A stretch of 64,000 nucleotides of DNA. It comes from an uncultured Desulfospira sp. (GTDB lineage Bacteria > Desulfobacterota > Desulfobacteria > Desulfobacterales > Desulfobacteraceae). This document shows, piece after piece, positions 1 to 9,996 of the stretch; the stretch's first letter is position 1; the number at the start of each line of letters is the position of its first letter. The notes below the pieces were generated by a model, which ran no database searches, was not told the DNA's origin, and saw only the letters and a list, made by a program, of their open reading frames with translations. The stretch is from positions 5,632,001 to 5,696,000 of the forward strand of contig OY760175.1 of the NCBI GenBank assembly GCA_963663165.1. The letters are read 5' to 3'. A program made the position numbers and the translations under genes.

Positions 1-112
1 TGAAAAATCCGACCTTGTCTATTTTCCGGTGCAGCATTTCCATTACGCCCAAAGCAATAGCGGATTTGCCGCTGCCGGCTTCAGTGGATGTAATATATAA
101 ACAGTTTGACAT
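1..112 (-). CDS. pta: Phosphate acetyltransferase, N-terminal part (runs off window)
   Basis: Manual translation from ATG at 112: MSNCLYITSTEAGSGKSAIALGVMEMLHRKIDKVGFF, typical of the long class II Pta N-terminus; AAGGA RBS upstream. Confidence 0.8.
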   Translation of the reverse strand, partial: MSNCLYITSTEAGSGKSAIALGVMEMLHRKIDKVGFF

Positions 113-326
113 GATAAATCCTTAGGTTAGTATGATGTTGCTAAATTTTTAATTTTTAAATGGCAGGGAGCTTTCCGGTATATCAGGAATGCGAATTCTT
201 TCTCAACCTACTGGACAAAACCTAGGGTACATTTATACAAGAATTGCCGGGAAAAGCAAGCCAAACCCACAGGGTGATCGCATGTAACTTGCCTTCCGGT
301 GATGTCAATTTAGATGATAAGGATAA

Positions 327-440
327 TAATGTATATTGTTGAGACTTGGGATATGGGATATGGGACTTGGGGAGGCCGTGGATGCCGCAATCCCCAGGTC
401 CCATATCCCAAGTCCCAAGTCCAATTTTTTGGAGATTATT
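327..440. repeat. Intergenic palindromic heptamer-repeat element (TGGGATA/TGGGACT arms)
   Basis: Arms gacttgggatatgggatatgggacttgggg and ccccaggtcccatatcccaagtcccaagtc form an inverted repeat. 327-357 is identical to 63408-63438, and the rest resembles 63688-63770. Confidence 0.8.
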
Positions 441-519
441 CTTATTTCCCATTCCAGGATGGCTTATTTTTTTACATGCGATTGCCCTGGCCAAACCCAT
501 TTTTTTGCCCAAAAATCGT

Positions 520-2430
520 TTATTGATAAAATTGTTCTATTTCAGGTTTTAACCTTGCAAGGACCACGTTCCGTTTCACTTTCATGGTCGGGGTGATCTC
601 CCCGGTCTGTTCGGTGAGCCGATGGTTGAGAATGGTGTATTTTTTGATGGTTTCAAATTCGTCAAGAACACGGTTGGCCTGATCAATTTCCCGGGCTATC
701 AAATCTTTCAGTTCTTGTTTTTCCAGAAAATCATCCCCAACGGCAACACACATTCGGGCGGGGCCCAGATCCGAGAATTCAAGGGCGGATGCGTCATACC
801 CTATCTGGCTTTCGTCAAAGTATTCAATAAACGCATCAAAATCCGGGATCACAAAGGCGGCCACAAATTTGCGGTTGTCGCCTACGGGCACCACCATGTC
901 GATAAACTTTGAAAGAGCGAAACAGCTCTCAATCTTGGCAGAGGGGACATTCTTGCCCGTATCCAGCACCATGAGCCCTTTTTTCCGGTCCACAATTTTG
1001 ATGTATCCGTCGGCCAGTTCTTCTACGATGTCTCCGGTTTTATAAAATCCGTCTTCGGTGAAGGCCTCCTTCGTGGCCTCAGGGTTGTTCCAGTATTCTT
1101 TCATGTTGTTAGGGCCCTTGACCAGCCATTCCCCATCCGGGCCAATCCGTCCTTGAACACCAAATGCCAGGGGGCCGACACTGCCGGGCAGCACCTTGTC
1201 CGGCCGGTTCAGGTTCACCGTGTTGCAGGTTTCCGTGGCCCCGTACCCTTCGTATATCCTTACGCCCATGGCCATGAACAGTTTGCAAAGATCCGCCGAA
1301 AGGGCACCGGCTGCCGAAAAGGCAAACCGGAACCGGCCGCCTAAAAGATCCCGCACCTTGGAAAACAGGATTTTGTCCACGAACCGGTATTGAAGCTTGA
1401 GGGGCAAAGGCAGCCCTGAAAACAGGTCTGTGTCCGGCCCCATGTCCACAAATCCATCCTTATCCGCCCTGGTGTCCACCACCTTTTGGCCAATGGAAAG
1501 GGCATAGTTGAATATGGCTTTTTTGATCGGAGACAAGGATGCCTTTGCCCGCATGGCCATGAAAATACGTTCGTAAATCCGGGGCACGGACATGAAAATG
1601 GTGGGCTTGAAAACCTGAAGGTCATCCACCATGGTTTTTGGGGTGGAATAGGCAATGGTGGCGGCGCAGTGCATGGCAACGCCGTGGCCGCATTCACGTT
1701 CATAGGTATGGGCTAAGGGCAGAAAAGACAACAGGACATCTTCGGGGTCGATATATCCCAAGATGGTCATATCCCGCCGGCACGCCGCATTCATGCTTTC
1801 ATGGGTATGGACCACGCCTTTGGGTTTTCCCGTGGTGCCCGAGGTGTAGACAATGGTCATGTTGTCTTCAAGCGCGACAGACTTCCACCGGTTTTCATAG
1901 GCGTCCGGGTTATCTTCGGTAAATTTTTTCCCCATATCCCGCAACTGCTGAATCCCGATTACATCCGGGAAATCCGGCACAAATTCCGGATCCAATACCA
2001 CCATTTTTTCAAGATCCGGCATAAGATCTGCTCCCGGCAGGATCTGTTTCAGAATATCTGCATTCTGGACAAACAGGACCCTGGCACCGGAATCATTGGC
2101 AATATAGGCGGCTTCCTTATCCGACAAGGTGGGATAAATGCATACCGTGACGCCCCCGGCGCACAATATGGCATAATCCGTCTGCATCCAGGCAGGGCTC
2201 GTATGGGACATGAGGGCCACCCGGTCACCTTTTTCAATCCCCAAGGCCATGAGACCGCAGGCGGTCTGTTCTACCATTTCGCCCAATTGGGAAAAGGTCA
2301 GTGACTGGACATTGCCCTGGTTGTCTTTCCAGCACTGGGCGGTTTTTGAACCAAATTCATCAACATTTCGGGCAAGCAGTTCGCAAAAGGTCTGGGTGCT
2401 GATGTACCATTTCTTGGCAGGGTTGCTCAT
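520..2430 (-). CDS. Long-chain fatty acid-CoA ligase (AMP-dependent synthetase)
   Basis: 636 aa with YTSGTTGKPKG AMP-binding motif, EGYGATE, FYKTGD and DRKK motifs. Confidence 0.93.
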   Translation of the reverse strand: MSNPAKKWYISTQTFCELLARNVDEFGSKTAQCWKDNQGNVQSLTFSQLGEMVEQTACGLMALGIEKGDRVALMSHTSPAWMQTDYAILCAGGVTVCIYPTLSDKEAAYIANDSGARVLFVQNADILKQILPGADLMPDLEKMVVLDPEFVPDFPDVIGIQQLRDMGKKFTEDNPDAYENRWKSVALEDNMTIVYTSGTTGKPKGVVHTHESMNAACRRDMTILGYIDPEDVLLSFLPLAHTYERECGHGVAMHCAATIAYSTPKTMVDDLQVFKPTIFMSVPRIYERIFMAMRAKASLSPIKKAIFNYALSIGQKVVDTRADKDGFVDMGPDTDLFSGLPLPLKLQYRFVDKILFSKVRDLLGGRFRFAFSAAGALSADLCKLFMAMGVRIYEGYGATETCNTVNLNRPDKVLPGSVGPLAFGVQGRIGPDGEWLVKGPNNMKEYWNNPEATKEAFTEDGFYKTGDIVEELADGYIKIVDRKKGLMVLDTGKNVPSAKIESCFALSKFIDMVVPVGDNRKFVAAFVIPDFDAFIEYFDESQIGYDASALEFSDLGPARMCVAVGDDFLEKQELKDLIAREIDQANRVLDEFETIKKYTILNHRLTEQTGEITPTMKVKRNVVLARLKPEIEQFYQ

Positions 2431-2650
2431 GGGGTCCTCCTTGTGGTGTTTGAGATGAATCTGATCCGGGCCATAGTCTGTACCATCTTGCTTAAAGCAA
2501 ATTTAAAATAGGGTGTCAATATCATTCCAGGGTAACCGCATTTATAATCCGGCATGATTTTGGGTTATCGGTAGTGAATTTAATGTAAAAAACGGAGACC
2601 GTTAGACCGCTATACGGGAGACCGGATGAGGCGGTGTTGTTGGGTCGGCC

Positions 2651-2678
2651 GTAGGGGCGATTCATGAATTGCCCCTAC
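2651..2678. repeat. GTAG-type REP-like palindrome
   Basis: gtaggggcgattcatgaattgcccctac, a near-perfect palindrome starting with GTAG. Confidence 0.7.
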
Positions 2679-2903
2679 ACCGTCATCACATGTAATGTAA
2701 AAATCCAAGATTCAATTTTATTCACCGGTGTTTCAGGGGCATTGTTTTATGTTGTATTTGATTGCGACGGGTTGAATCTTGGCCCCTTTTAAATTCCCCC
2801 AAACCGGAAAAATTCGTTATTCAGGATGAAATTTTCGTAACCCGGTTGGGGTGTTTGGGAGCCCTGTTTTATAATAGTTTTGAAAAATCAGAGGGTTACA
2901 TTG

Positions 2904-2919
2904 TGGCATGCCCCTTGCT
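2904..2919 (+). promoter_or_regulatory. Sigma-54 (-24/-12) promoter
   Basis: TGGCATGCCCCTTGCT fits TGGCAC-N5-TTGC with exact GG-N10-GC spacing, upstream of a PEP-CTERM-like gene (a class known for sigma-54 promoters). Confidence 0.75.
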
Positions 2920-3055
2920 CTTGTAAAGGGTGACGGACCAAGGCAGGCATCAGGGACAGTGCCCTGAACCCCTTGCGCCCGTCATCAATAATTCCCGGGG
3001 CCGGGAAAAGGGTTTTCCGGCTCAAAAATTTACCATTGAAAAAAGGAGAAAAATC

Positions 3056-3625
3056 GTGTTCGACTTAAGAAAAGGTATTCTGGCTGGTTTAGTAGCGGTC
3101 CTTGTGGGCCTTGCACCGTCTGCATGGGCGGCTTCCTTTGTCAACGGCAACCTGAGCATGGAAATTACCATCAGTGGCATGGACTCGGTTGATTTGTCCG
3201 GCTTTGACATGGAAATTACCTATGACAGTTCATTGCTCGACTTCAGCGGTTATGTTCTGACCGATGAGCTGGGCAGCATTGATGACGGGCAAGCCGTAGA
3301 CAACAGCTATGGCGAGGAAGATGCGTTCACACCGGGAACCATCACATTAAGCATGGTTTCCCTGCTGGATGCTTCAGATCTTGCCAGCCAGTCTGATGAT
3401 TTTGTTCTGGCCACCCTCTATTTCTGGGGGGATGAAGAGGCGATTTCAGGGGTAAGCGTCAGTTCCCTTGACATTTCCATTGCCAATGTATCCCTTAATG
3501 CCATCTCTTTTAGCATTGATGTTGAAACTAAGGCCGCTGAAACCGTCCCCGTTCCGTCGGCTTTCAGCCTCCTTGCCTTAGGCCTGATGAGCCTGTCACA
3601 GGTGGGAAGACGCCGCAAAGCTTAA
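3056..3625 (+). CDS. Secreted cohesin-like domain protein with PEP-CTERM-like sorting tail
   Basis: GTG start after AGGAG; signal peptide ending AWA; cohesin-like core (LSGFDMEITYDSSLL...FVLATLYF); C-terminus VPVPSAFSLLALGLMSLSQVGRRRKA. Confidence 0.8.
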   Translation: MFDLRKGILAGLVAVLVGLAPSAWAASFVNGNLSMEITISGMDSVDLSGFDMEITYDSSLLDFSGYVLTDELGSIDDGQAVDNSYGEEDAFTPGTITLSMVSLLDASDLASQSDDFVLATLYFWGDEEAISGVSVSSLDISIANVSLNAISFSIDVETKAAETVPVPSAFSLLALGLMSLSQVGRRRKA

Positions 3626-3657
3626 AAATTTTTTGTTCAATCCTTTGTTTTAAGGGT

Positions 3658-3697
3658 AAATGTCCTGGGAAATTTTTCTCCCAGGACATTTTATTTT
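3658..3697. terminator. Intrinsic terminator between convergent genes
   Basis: aaatgtcctggga-loop-tcccaggacattt hairpin followed by a T-run. Confidence 0.75.
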
Positions 3698-3741
3698 CCG
3701 GCCAGGGCCCGGGCTTGGCCAGGGCAAAGGCATGCCCCATT

Positions 3742-4389
3742 TTACAGAGACGTCAGCCCCTCCCGGATAGCGATCTTGGTCAGGCCGGCAATGCTGTGGA
3801 CGTTAAGCTTGTCCATCATTTTTCTGCGGTGGGTGGAGATGGTTCTTTCGCTGATGTGGAGGCGGGCTGAAATCTGAACTGAAGAAAATCCCTCGGCAAT
3901 CATCTGAAGGATTTCTTTTTCCCGGGAGGTCAGGGTCATGGCTTCAGAACAGTCATTAAATTTTCGTCCCTGGATAAAATCGTTCACCAGCATTTCCGAT
4001 ATGGCAGGGCTTAGGTACCGGCGGCCCTGTAAAATGGTTTCCACGGCGGCAATTAATTCTTTGAACATGCAGTTTTTCAACAGGTACCCGGATGCCCCGG
4101 CATCCAGCATGCCGGTCACATACCGGCGTTCTGTGTACATGGAAAGGACCAGGATTTTAATTTCCGGCTTTTGGGCCAGAATCTGCCGGGTCGCCTCAAT
4201 CCCGTTGAGTTCCGGCATACTGATGTCCATGACCACCAGATCCGGCTCCAGGGACAGGGCCAGTTCAACGGCCTCCCGGCCGTTTTCCGCCTCCCCGGCC
4301 ACGGCCATGCCTTCCCGGCTGTGTATCAGGGAAACCAGACCCTCACGGGTAATATGATGATCATCTGCCAGCAGGATGTTAATGGTCAT
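3742..4389 (-). CDS. NarL/LuxR-family response regulator
   Basis: REC domain (ADDH, MDISMP, GYLLK) plus LuxR HTH (LTSREKEIL...TISTHR). Confidence 0.93.
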   Translation of the reverse strand: MTINILLADDHHITREGLVSLIHSREGMAVAGEAENGREAVELALSLEPDLVVMDISMPELNGIEATRQILAQKPEIKILVLSMYTERRYVTGMLDAGASGYLLKNCMFKELIAAVETILQGRRYLSPAISEMLVNDFIQGRKFNDCSEAMTLTSREKEILQMIAEGFSSVQISARLHISERTISTHRRKMMDKLNVHSIAGLTKIAIREGLTSL

Positions 4390-4524
4390 GGTTACACTCT
4401 TTTGTTCCGCATTTTTCCGGGTCAGCCCCGGTTATGCCGCCAGCCACGATCACCATAAAGGAATTCCCGGGTTGAGGGGGCCGGCCCATGAGGTCATACC
4501 AGGTCAGAACCCGGTATGTCAATT

Positions 4525-4708
4525 TTTATATGAAAGTCTCACTAACAAGCTGAAAAGACTTTTATTTTTCGTTGAGGGCGGTGCTTGGTTGGATAACCAA
4601 GGCGGCCCGTGGCCGTTTATATGAAAGTCTCACTAACAAGCTGAAAAGACTTTCATTTTTCGTTGTGGGCGGTGCTTGGTTGGATAACCAAGGCGGCCCG
4701 TGGCCGTT
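4525..4708. repeat. Tandem direct duplication, 2 x 91 bp
   Basis: Units start at 4525 and 4616 (tttatatgaaagtctcactaac...ggcccgtggccg) and differ at only about 2 positions. Confidence 0.9.
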
Positions 4709-4801
4709 ATAAGAAACTGGAGACAAGAAACAAGAGACAAGAGAGCGAAGCACCTGCGGTGCCCAATTTATAGCCTGTCGTTGCCGGTATCTTCAGTTTC
4801 A

Positions 4802-5794
4802 TTATGGCCTTTCCCACGTCCTGACCAGAGATGACATCAGGCAGAGGCCAAGGTCATAGGCCACATCTTCAATGGTTTTCAGCTCGGGCCCCTTTGGCTG
4901 GAACCCCTGGTCGGTGGCCACGTACTCTGTGGCCTGATTCTGGTTTCCCAATTTTTTATAGGCATCATCTGAACCGGCAACCGCCAGGATCCGGCCGGTT
5001 TTGATCTCTTTGGCAACGGTCTTGAAGACATAGCCGCCCCGGGTCCTTTTGACGAGCATTTCAATATAAATGTCTGAATAATAGCTTAATGCCGACATTT
5101 CGATGTTTTTTTCCGGCAGGTCAACGGTGTTGTTTGAATTATACCGCATGGCCATGAGCCGGATGATGGTGGCCCGGTCAACAATGTTGGCCCCGGCATT
5201 GAGAAATCCATTCATGAATCCATTTTCGATGCGCCACATATTTTCTTCGATAATGGGAGACCGGCTCCCTGCCAGATCGTTTTTGGTCTGGGTGGTGACC
5301 ACAAGGGTGCCGTCAGCCACTTCCATGTCAAGCCCGCTGCTTTCCCCTGCCAGGCTGTATGAGGCCGGGCTGATGAAACCGTTTCGTTTATAGGCCGCAG
5401 CGCTGCCGTCCACCAGTTTGAGCGAACCGCTTTTGGTCGCCGCGAACCGTGAGTTGCTGGACCACTCCTGGATTTCATCGCTTAAATACCGGTTCATGAA
5501 AAGGGTCATTCTCGGTGACTTTGCCTTTCGATAAGCCTTTGAAAAGGCCTGGACCATACTGTCATTATTCTTTGCGTCTTCTGACGTCCGGGAGGGAATG
5601 GGTTGAACCGTTACGGGGTTTAATCCCCGGTAGGTATCGGCCGGCGACCGGTTCTGGCCCTGGTTCTTCATGGGGTCAAGCGGGGCCGTACTGCCCGGCG
5701 GGGTCGGCTTGTCTAAGTAAATGGTTTCGGTTTCGGCAAAGACCGTGGCCTGGACCAGGATGAAAACCAAAACAGCGGCGCCTAATTTTTTCAT
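4802..5794 (-). CDS. Exported hypothetical protein, last gene of the lipoprotein operon (possibly CsgG/FlgT-like fold)
   Basis: Signal peptide MKKLGAAVLVF...VFA; starts 2 bp after the upstream gene's stop; fold guess from the GANIVDR and KTGRILA segments. Confidence 0.7.
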   Translation of the reverse strand: MKKLGAAVLVFILVQATVFAETETIYLDKPTPPGSTAPLDPMKNQGQNRSPADTYRGLNPVTVQPIPSRTSEDAKNNDSMVQAFSKAYRKAKSPRMTLFMNRYLSDEIQEWSSNSRFAATKSGSLKLVDGSAAAYKRNGFISPASYSLAGESSGLDMEVADGTLVVTTQTKNDLAGSRSPIIEENMWRIENGFMNGFLNAGANIVDRATIIRLMAMRYNSNNTVDLPEKNIEMSALSYYSDIYIEMLVKRTRGGYVFKTVAKEIKTGRILAVAGSDDAYKKLGNQNQATEYVATDQGFQPKGPELKTIEDVAYDLGLCLMSSLVRTWERP

Positions 5795-5795
5795 G

Positions 5796-6323
5796 TTATC
5801 TTCCCTCTCTGACTTCAATATAATAATAGCCAATGTCATGGACGCCAATGGAGCTTTCTTTGTATGAGGCAACCGAATTGGCCGGCAGATAGATTCTTTT
5901 CCATGCGCTGGGGTCTTCTAACGGGGCCTTCATGTAATCAAAAAATTGCACCCGGCACTGAATCTGCAAATCATAATCCGTCCGGTTCCTGAACATGGCC
6001 CATGCCTCAAGGGTGTTGGTGGGAGTCCGCCGGGTGTTGGTGGATTCCACAGCGATTTTGCCGATTTTGCCATGTTCCTTGACCCCGGTAACGGAATTTT
6101 CATAAACGTACCATCTTTGAAGGGAATCATCCAAAATGGCCACAGAGTTCATCCGGACCTGGGCGATCCCGCCCGGGGAATTCTCCACACGGACACCCGG
6201 GGACGGCCCCTCGACAATTTGTGTGGTCTCCGTACTGGTATGGGTCGTGGTCACGCCGCAGCCGCTGAAAATGAGCAGCGCCGCCCCGGCTGAAAGTAAA
6301 ATCAGTGATAAATCAGACTTCAT
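5796..6323 (-). CDS. YcfL-like (DUF1425) lipoprotein
   Basis: Lipobox FSGC; NRTDYDLQIQCRVQFFD...W...LP pattern; located in an lpoB operon. Confidence 0.7.
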   Translation of the reverse strand: MKSDLSLILLSAGAALLIFSGCGVTTTHTSTETTQIVEGPSPGVRVENSPGGIAQVRMNSVAILDDSLQRWYVYENSVTGVKEHGKIGKIAVESTNTRRTPTNTLEAWAMFRNRTDYDLQIQCRVQFFDYMKAPLEDPSAWKRIYLPANSVASYKESSIGVHDIGYYYIEVREGR

Positions 6324-6431
6324 ATTTTTTTCTCCTTTGCAGGTGAAAACGCCTGGGCGTTCACCCCTTATGGTTACCGGCCGGGGTATCGTTAAGGCTT
6401 TCCAATGGCCGTTACCCGGAACGGTCAAGGG

Positions 6432-7664
6432 TTAAGACTCGCGGCTGGACAGCCAGACAACGGAAATGGGCCCGTCGGTCTTCCGGACGGACCGGATTTT
6501 TGTAAAATCATCAATGAGATCCCCCTGATCATTCTTAAACCGGAACTCAAGCGTACTTTCGCCTTCAGGCAGATCCACCATCAAAACATGGACCGCATCA
6601 GGCAGGTTGTCCCAGTACCGGGTGTCGGCATGGGGCCGGGCATTCTGGGCGATGGCCATATTGGCCACTGCCACCAGGCCGATGGCACCGCTGATGGCAC
6701 TGACGGTCCCTGAATTGTCAAATAAAGGGGCGGCCATCATTCCGGCGCCGGCGATATCCCCTAATGCGGCACCGGTGTCTGCGGTGGTCTGCCTGAACAC
6801 GGCCTGGCCTTCCAGGATTTTATCAACGGGCCGTCCCCCCCGGCTGGCGGCCTGAAAATAGATATCCTCAATCATGAACATGGGGGCAAAGCCGCCGTTG
6901 TTTAAGGAGGCCTCAGCCCTTTTTTCCTGGAACCCTTTACCCCTGCGAAACTTTAATTCGGAATGCCCGGGGCCGTCGGCAAGCTTTCGCGGAGAGGTGC
7001 CGGTTTCCATGATGACCAAAGTGTTTTTGCTCAGATCCAGGTCAAATTCAGGCCTGATTTTTTTTAATTCGTCGATGACCTCCCGGGCAAATTGAGCGTC
7101 CCCGGCAGCATGTGATGAAAGGGCCTCAAGGAAAATCAGCAAGGCAAAGTCACACCGGAACTGCTCTTCTTCTGCAAAGGCATCCTGCTGGATACCGGAC
7201 CTGAAACAGGCCCTGGCGTTTTCATAATCTTTGTCCATCAGGAACATAATTCCGCTGTAATAAAAGGCCATGGCCCGTTCATAGGGTTCCCCCCTGAATT
7301 TTTTCATCCCCTCTTCATACCAGAAGCTTCGGGCCTTTTTAGCGGTCTCGTTGTTGGCGTAAATGGCGGATATATCGTTCCTGACAATGTCAAATGATGA
7401 CTTTGCATACCCGTATTCCTGAATCTCAAGGGCTTTCTTGCCGATTCTCATATGGTTTAAAACGGCGTTTCTATCCTGTTCTTCCATCAGTGTTTTATAG
7501 TAAGGCTTCAGGGGGGCGGGTTTGTCGGCGAGGCTTTGTTCCAATACCGGTTCAGGGATTTTGGCCGTTTCAAATGTCTGCCGGGTGGCACACCCGGACA
7601 GCATGGACAGATTCAGGCCAAGAACAATCCCCCACAACAGCCGCCTTGAGGTTAAATTCATCAT
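6432..7664 (-). CDS. TPR-like lipoprotein (COG3014-like)
   Basis: Lipobox LSGC; GEPYE, NARA and ADTRYWDNLP motifs typical of this family. Confidence 0.75.
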   Translation of the reverse strand: MMNLTSRRLLWGIVLGLNLSMLSGCATRQTFETAKIPEPVLEQSLADKPAPLKPYYKTLMEEQDRNAVLNHMRIGKKALEIQEYGYAKSSFDIVRNDISAIYANNETAKKARSFWYEEGMKKFRGEPYERAMAFYYSGIMFLMDKDYENARACFRSGIQQDAFAEEEQFRCDFALLIFLEALSSHAAGDAQFAREVIDELKKIRPEFDLDLSKNTLVIMETGTSPRKLADGPGHSELKFRRGKGFQEKRAEASLNNGGFAPMFMIEDIYFQAASRGGRPVDKILEGQAVFRQTTADTGAALGDIAGAGMMAAPLFDNSGTVSAISGAIGLVAVANMAIAQNARPHADTRYWDNLPDAVHVLMVDLPEGESTLEFRFKNDQGDLIDDFTKIRSVRKTDGPISVVWLSSRES

Positions 7665-7667
7665 AAG

Positions 7668-8336
7668 TTACCTGTAGATGATGTCGTCCTGGGCGAATTT
7701 CTTGAATTCATACATGTTCGCCCAGACTGGAATGGCGGTTTCCAGGTCAATGAGTTTGAATACGATCTGGGTGTACCGGGATACTTTTCCGCTTCCCGGT
7801 TCGGCCTTGTCAAGGGACATGATTCTGCCAGTCAGCCTGAAGTCGGCACCGGCCACAGCCGCGGTCTGGGACAGCGTGCCACCGCTCACGACGCCGGTCC
7901 GCTTCAATTCTCTTTCCTTCTGGACCATTCCAATGGAGTTGCGGTCAATAAAAATAATCCGGCCCTGTGATGACCGGTTCAGACTGACCATCAGCCTTTC
8001 GGTGATCAGTTTTTTGTTGATCACACTGGAACTGTCGTTGACAAAATAATTGTCATCAATGATTACCAGGGGCGGGGACTGCCTTCCCGCAATAGACGGG
8101 GTTGCCAGAATATCACGCATCATCCGGTCCGTCATGCTGACAACGTCCTGGGATTCGATTCCCACGCCGGCAACAGAGCCGGTTTCGCCGGGATCTTCAT
8201 AAACCGTCGGCCGCCCGGCCGTATTGTCAACCCTTGTGGTGGTGTTGGTATGGGTATGGGTATAAGTTGATGTTGTGCATGAACATAAAGATATTAAAAA
8301 AAGGCTGAACAGTACCAAGATTGCTTTATTCATCAT
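7668..8336 (-). CDS. Penicillin-binding protein activator LpoB-family lipoprotein
   Basis: Lipobox Cys; GADFRLTGRI...FKLIDLET...VW C-terminal pattern. Confidence 0.75.
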   Translation of the reverse strand: MMNKAILVLFSLFLISLCSCTTSTYTHTHTNTTTRVDNTAGRPTVYEDPGETGSVAGVGIESQDVVSMTDRMMRDILATPSIAGRQSPPLVIIDDNYFVNDSSSVINKKLITERLMVSLNRSSQGRIIFIDRNSIGMVQKERELKRTGVVSGGTLSQTAAVAGADFRLTGRIMSLDKAEPGSGKVSRYTQIVFKLIDLETAIPVWANMYEFKKFAQDDIIYR

Positions 8337-8442
8337 CGCAGACCTTTTCACTTCGATCCCTCGAACAGTAGATAGTCCCTGGATCAATGGTTGATGTGGA
8401 CAGAACTTTATAAAGGGCACTGCCGGGCAGTGCCCGGGCCGT

Positions 8443-8976
8443 TTATGGGCTGGATGCGCTCACAAGGGCGCTTGTATAGACTTTGTTGAAATCAGGATAA
8501 ATCTCTCCGGTGGCTTTTAAAACCGCCTGATAATGTTCGTGGGTGGAGTGGTTCACATACATATAAACGGCCATTTCCTCTAAGTTGTTAAAGGATAAGT
8601 CCGAAGTTTCCTTGATATACTCCCAGCCGCCTGAAGCCTGAATGGCCATTTCTCTGCCAATGGCATCCCCTGCCATTCCCCCGAGAAAACCACCTAGAAA
8701 AGGGACTTGTTCCAACGCCTTGGCCCCGGCATAGGCCCCGGCTGTTTTGCCGATGGTTGATCCCATGCTGGCATTAACCGCTTTATCGGTCCATTCGCAC
8801 ATCACCCCATCTGAAGTATACGGGCACATATACTCCCCGGAATTATCCGCGATGGGCTCGGGGGCTTCCATTTCACTGGGTTGAGAAATATTCTGGGTGG
8901 CAACACAGCCGGCAAAAACAGATACCATGGCAACAAACAAAATGAAAAATCCTGCCTTAACACGTGAACAGCTCAT
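8443..8976 (-). CDS. Lipoprotein with glycine-zipper-like segment
   Basis: Lipobox FAGC; GKTAGAYAGA...VPFLGGFLGGMAG segment; AAGGAG RBS. Confidence 0.75.
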   Translation of the reverse strand: MSCSRVKAGFFILFVAMVSVFAGCVATQNISQPSEMEAPEPIADNSGEYMCPYTSDGVMCEWTDKAVNASMGSTIGKTAGAYAGAKALEQVPFLGGFLGGMAGDAIGREMAIQASGGWEYIKETSDLSFNNLEEMAVYMYVNHSTHEHYQAVLKATGEIYPDFNKVYTSALVSASSP

Positions 8977-9170
8977 TTCTTTTTCTCCTTTTATCAAATT
9001 GGCATACAGTCTGGGTTTATATAAAAAACAAGCCGGTATAAGAAAATCGGTAAAACTGATGAAATTTGGCTTCCAGTTTTCTTTTTTAATGCTTCTGATT
9101 TTCTGAAAAAGGACTTCAAAAAATCCGATGCAACCGGTTTGATCTGTCCCGGCTGGTGGGCATCGTTTTT

Positions 9171-9315
9171 GTAGCTAATCAGCTGATGCTTAAAAATAAA
9201 CAAACCCAAGGGTCCGGGACTGTTTATTTGTGCTTCATATTTTTTGGCCAGGTTTTGGTAGCACGCTTTTGCTATGTGAGAAGACAGCGAAGATGGGGCA
9301 CTGCTGAACAGTTAC
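9171..9315. mobile_element. Degenerate copy of IS66-type MITE
   Basis: Colinear with 58796-58947 (gtagctaatcagc...gctgaacagttac); flanks TCGTTTTT and CCGTTTTT give a 7/8 TSD. Confidence 0.8.
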
Positions 9316-9457
9316 CCGTTTTTTTATATTGCGTTATGATAAGCTGTTTGATATGAAGCGGACCTAATGTCAAGGATAGGGAAGCCTGCGTTTCATTGCC
9401 ATCGGGAAATGAGCGGGTCATGGTCATTATCCGTGATGGCAGCCAGGGGTTTTGCTT

Positions 9458-9944
9458 TCTGGCCTTAAATGCCACCATTGAGGCGGCCAGGGCTGGCGAA
9501 GCCGGTAAGGGATTTGCCGTTGTTGCCGGTGAAATAAAAGACCTGGCGCACCAGACCGCCCTGGCCACCCAGGAAATCAATGCCCGGATTTCCGAAGTCC
9601 AGGGAACCACCAGCGAATCCATTGAATCCATCAACGTCATTGTAGACGTGATCAATGAAATCGATACCATTGTCACCACCATTGCCGGGGTAATTGAAGA
9701 GCAGACCGCCACCACCCGGGAAATTGCCGATAATGTCAGCCAGGCCGCAGCCGGTCTCGGGGAAGTCAATGAAAATGTCAATAAATCCTCCACCGTTGCC
9801 GGGGAAGTAACCCAGGAAATCGCCAGCGTCAACGAGGCCACCAGCCACTTAGAGGACGGCAGCCGCCAGATCCTGGAAAGGTCCGGAGAACTCAGCGCCC
9901 TTGCCGAAAACCTTAAGTCAATGACGGCCCGGTTTAAAATATGA
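9458..9944 (+). pseudogene. C-terminal fragment of a methyl-accepting chemotaxis protein
   Basis: Similarity begins abruptly at [23 protein letters not shown]; no sensor, TM or HAMP region and no credible start. Confidence 0.8.
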
Positions 9945-9996
9945 AAAAAGGGCGTTCCCAAATCCGGGCCGACTTTTCCGCCCCGAAATTTAAGGC

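Noticed and set aside
2584..2600. TGT-N11-ACC as a PEP-CTERM enhancer box
   Set aside because: Imperfect match, overlaps a short-repeat tract and is not independently supported.
4525..4708. Possible CRISPR array
   Set aside because: Only two contiguous 91-bp units, no unique spacers and no cas genes.
9272..9961. 229-aa minus-strand ORF and the many other antisense or overlapping ORFs in the track
   Set aside because: Shadow frames of GC-rich genes with no recognisable motifs or RBS.
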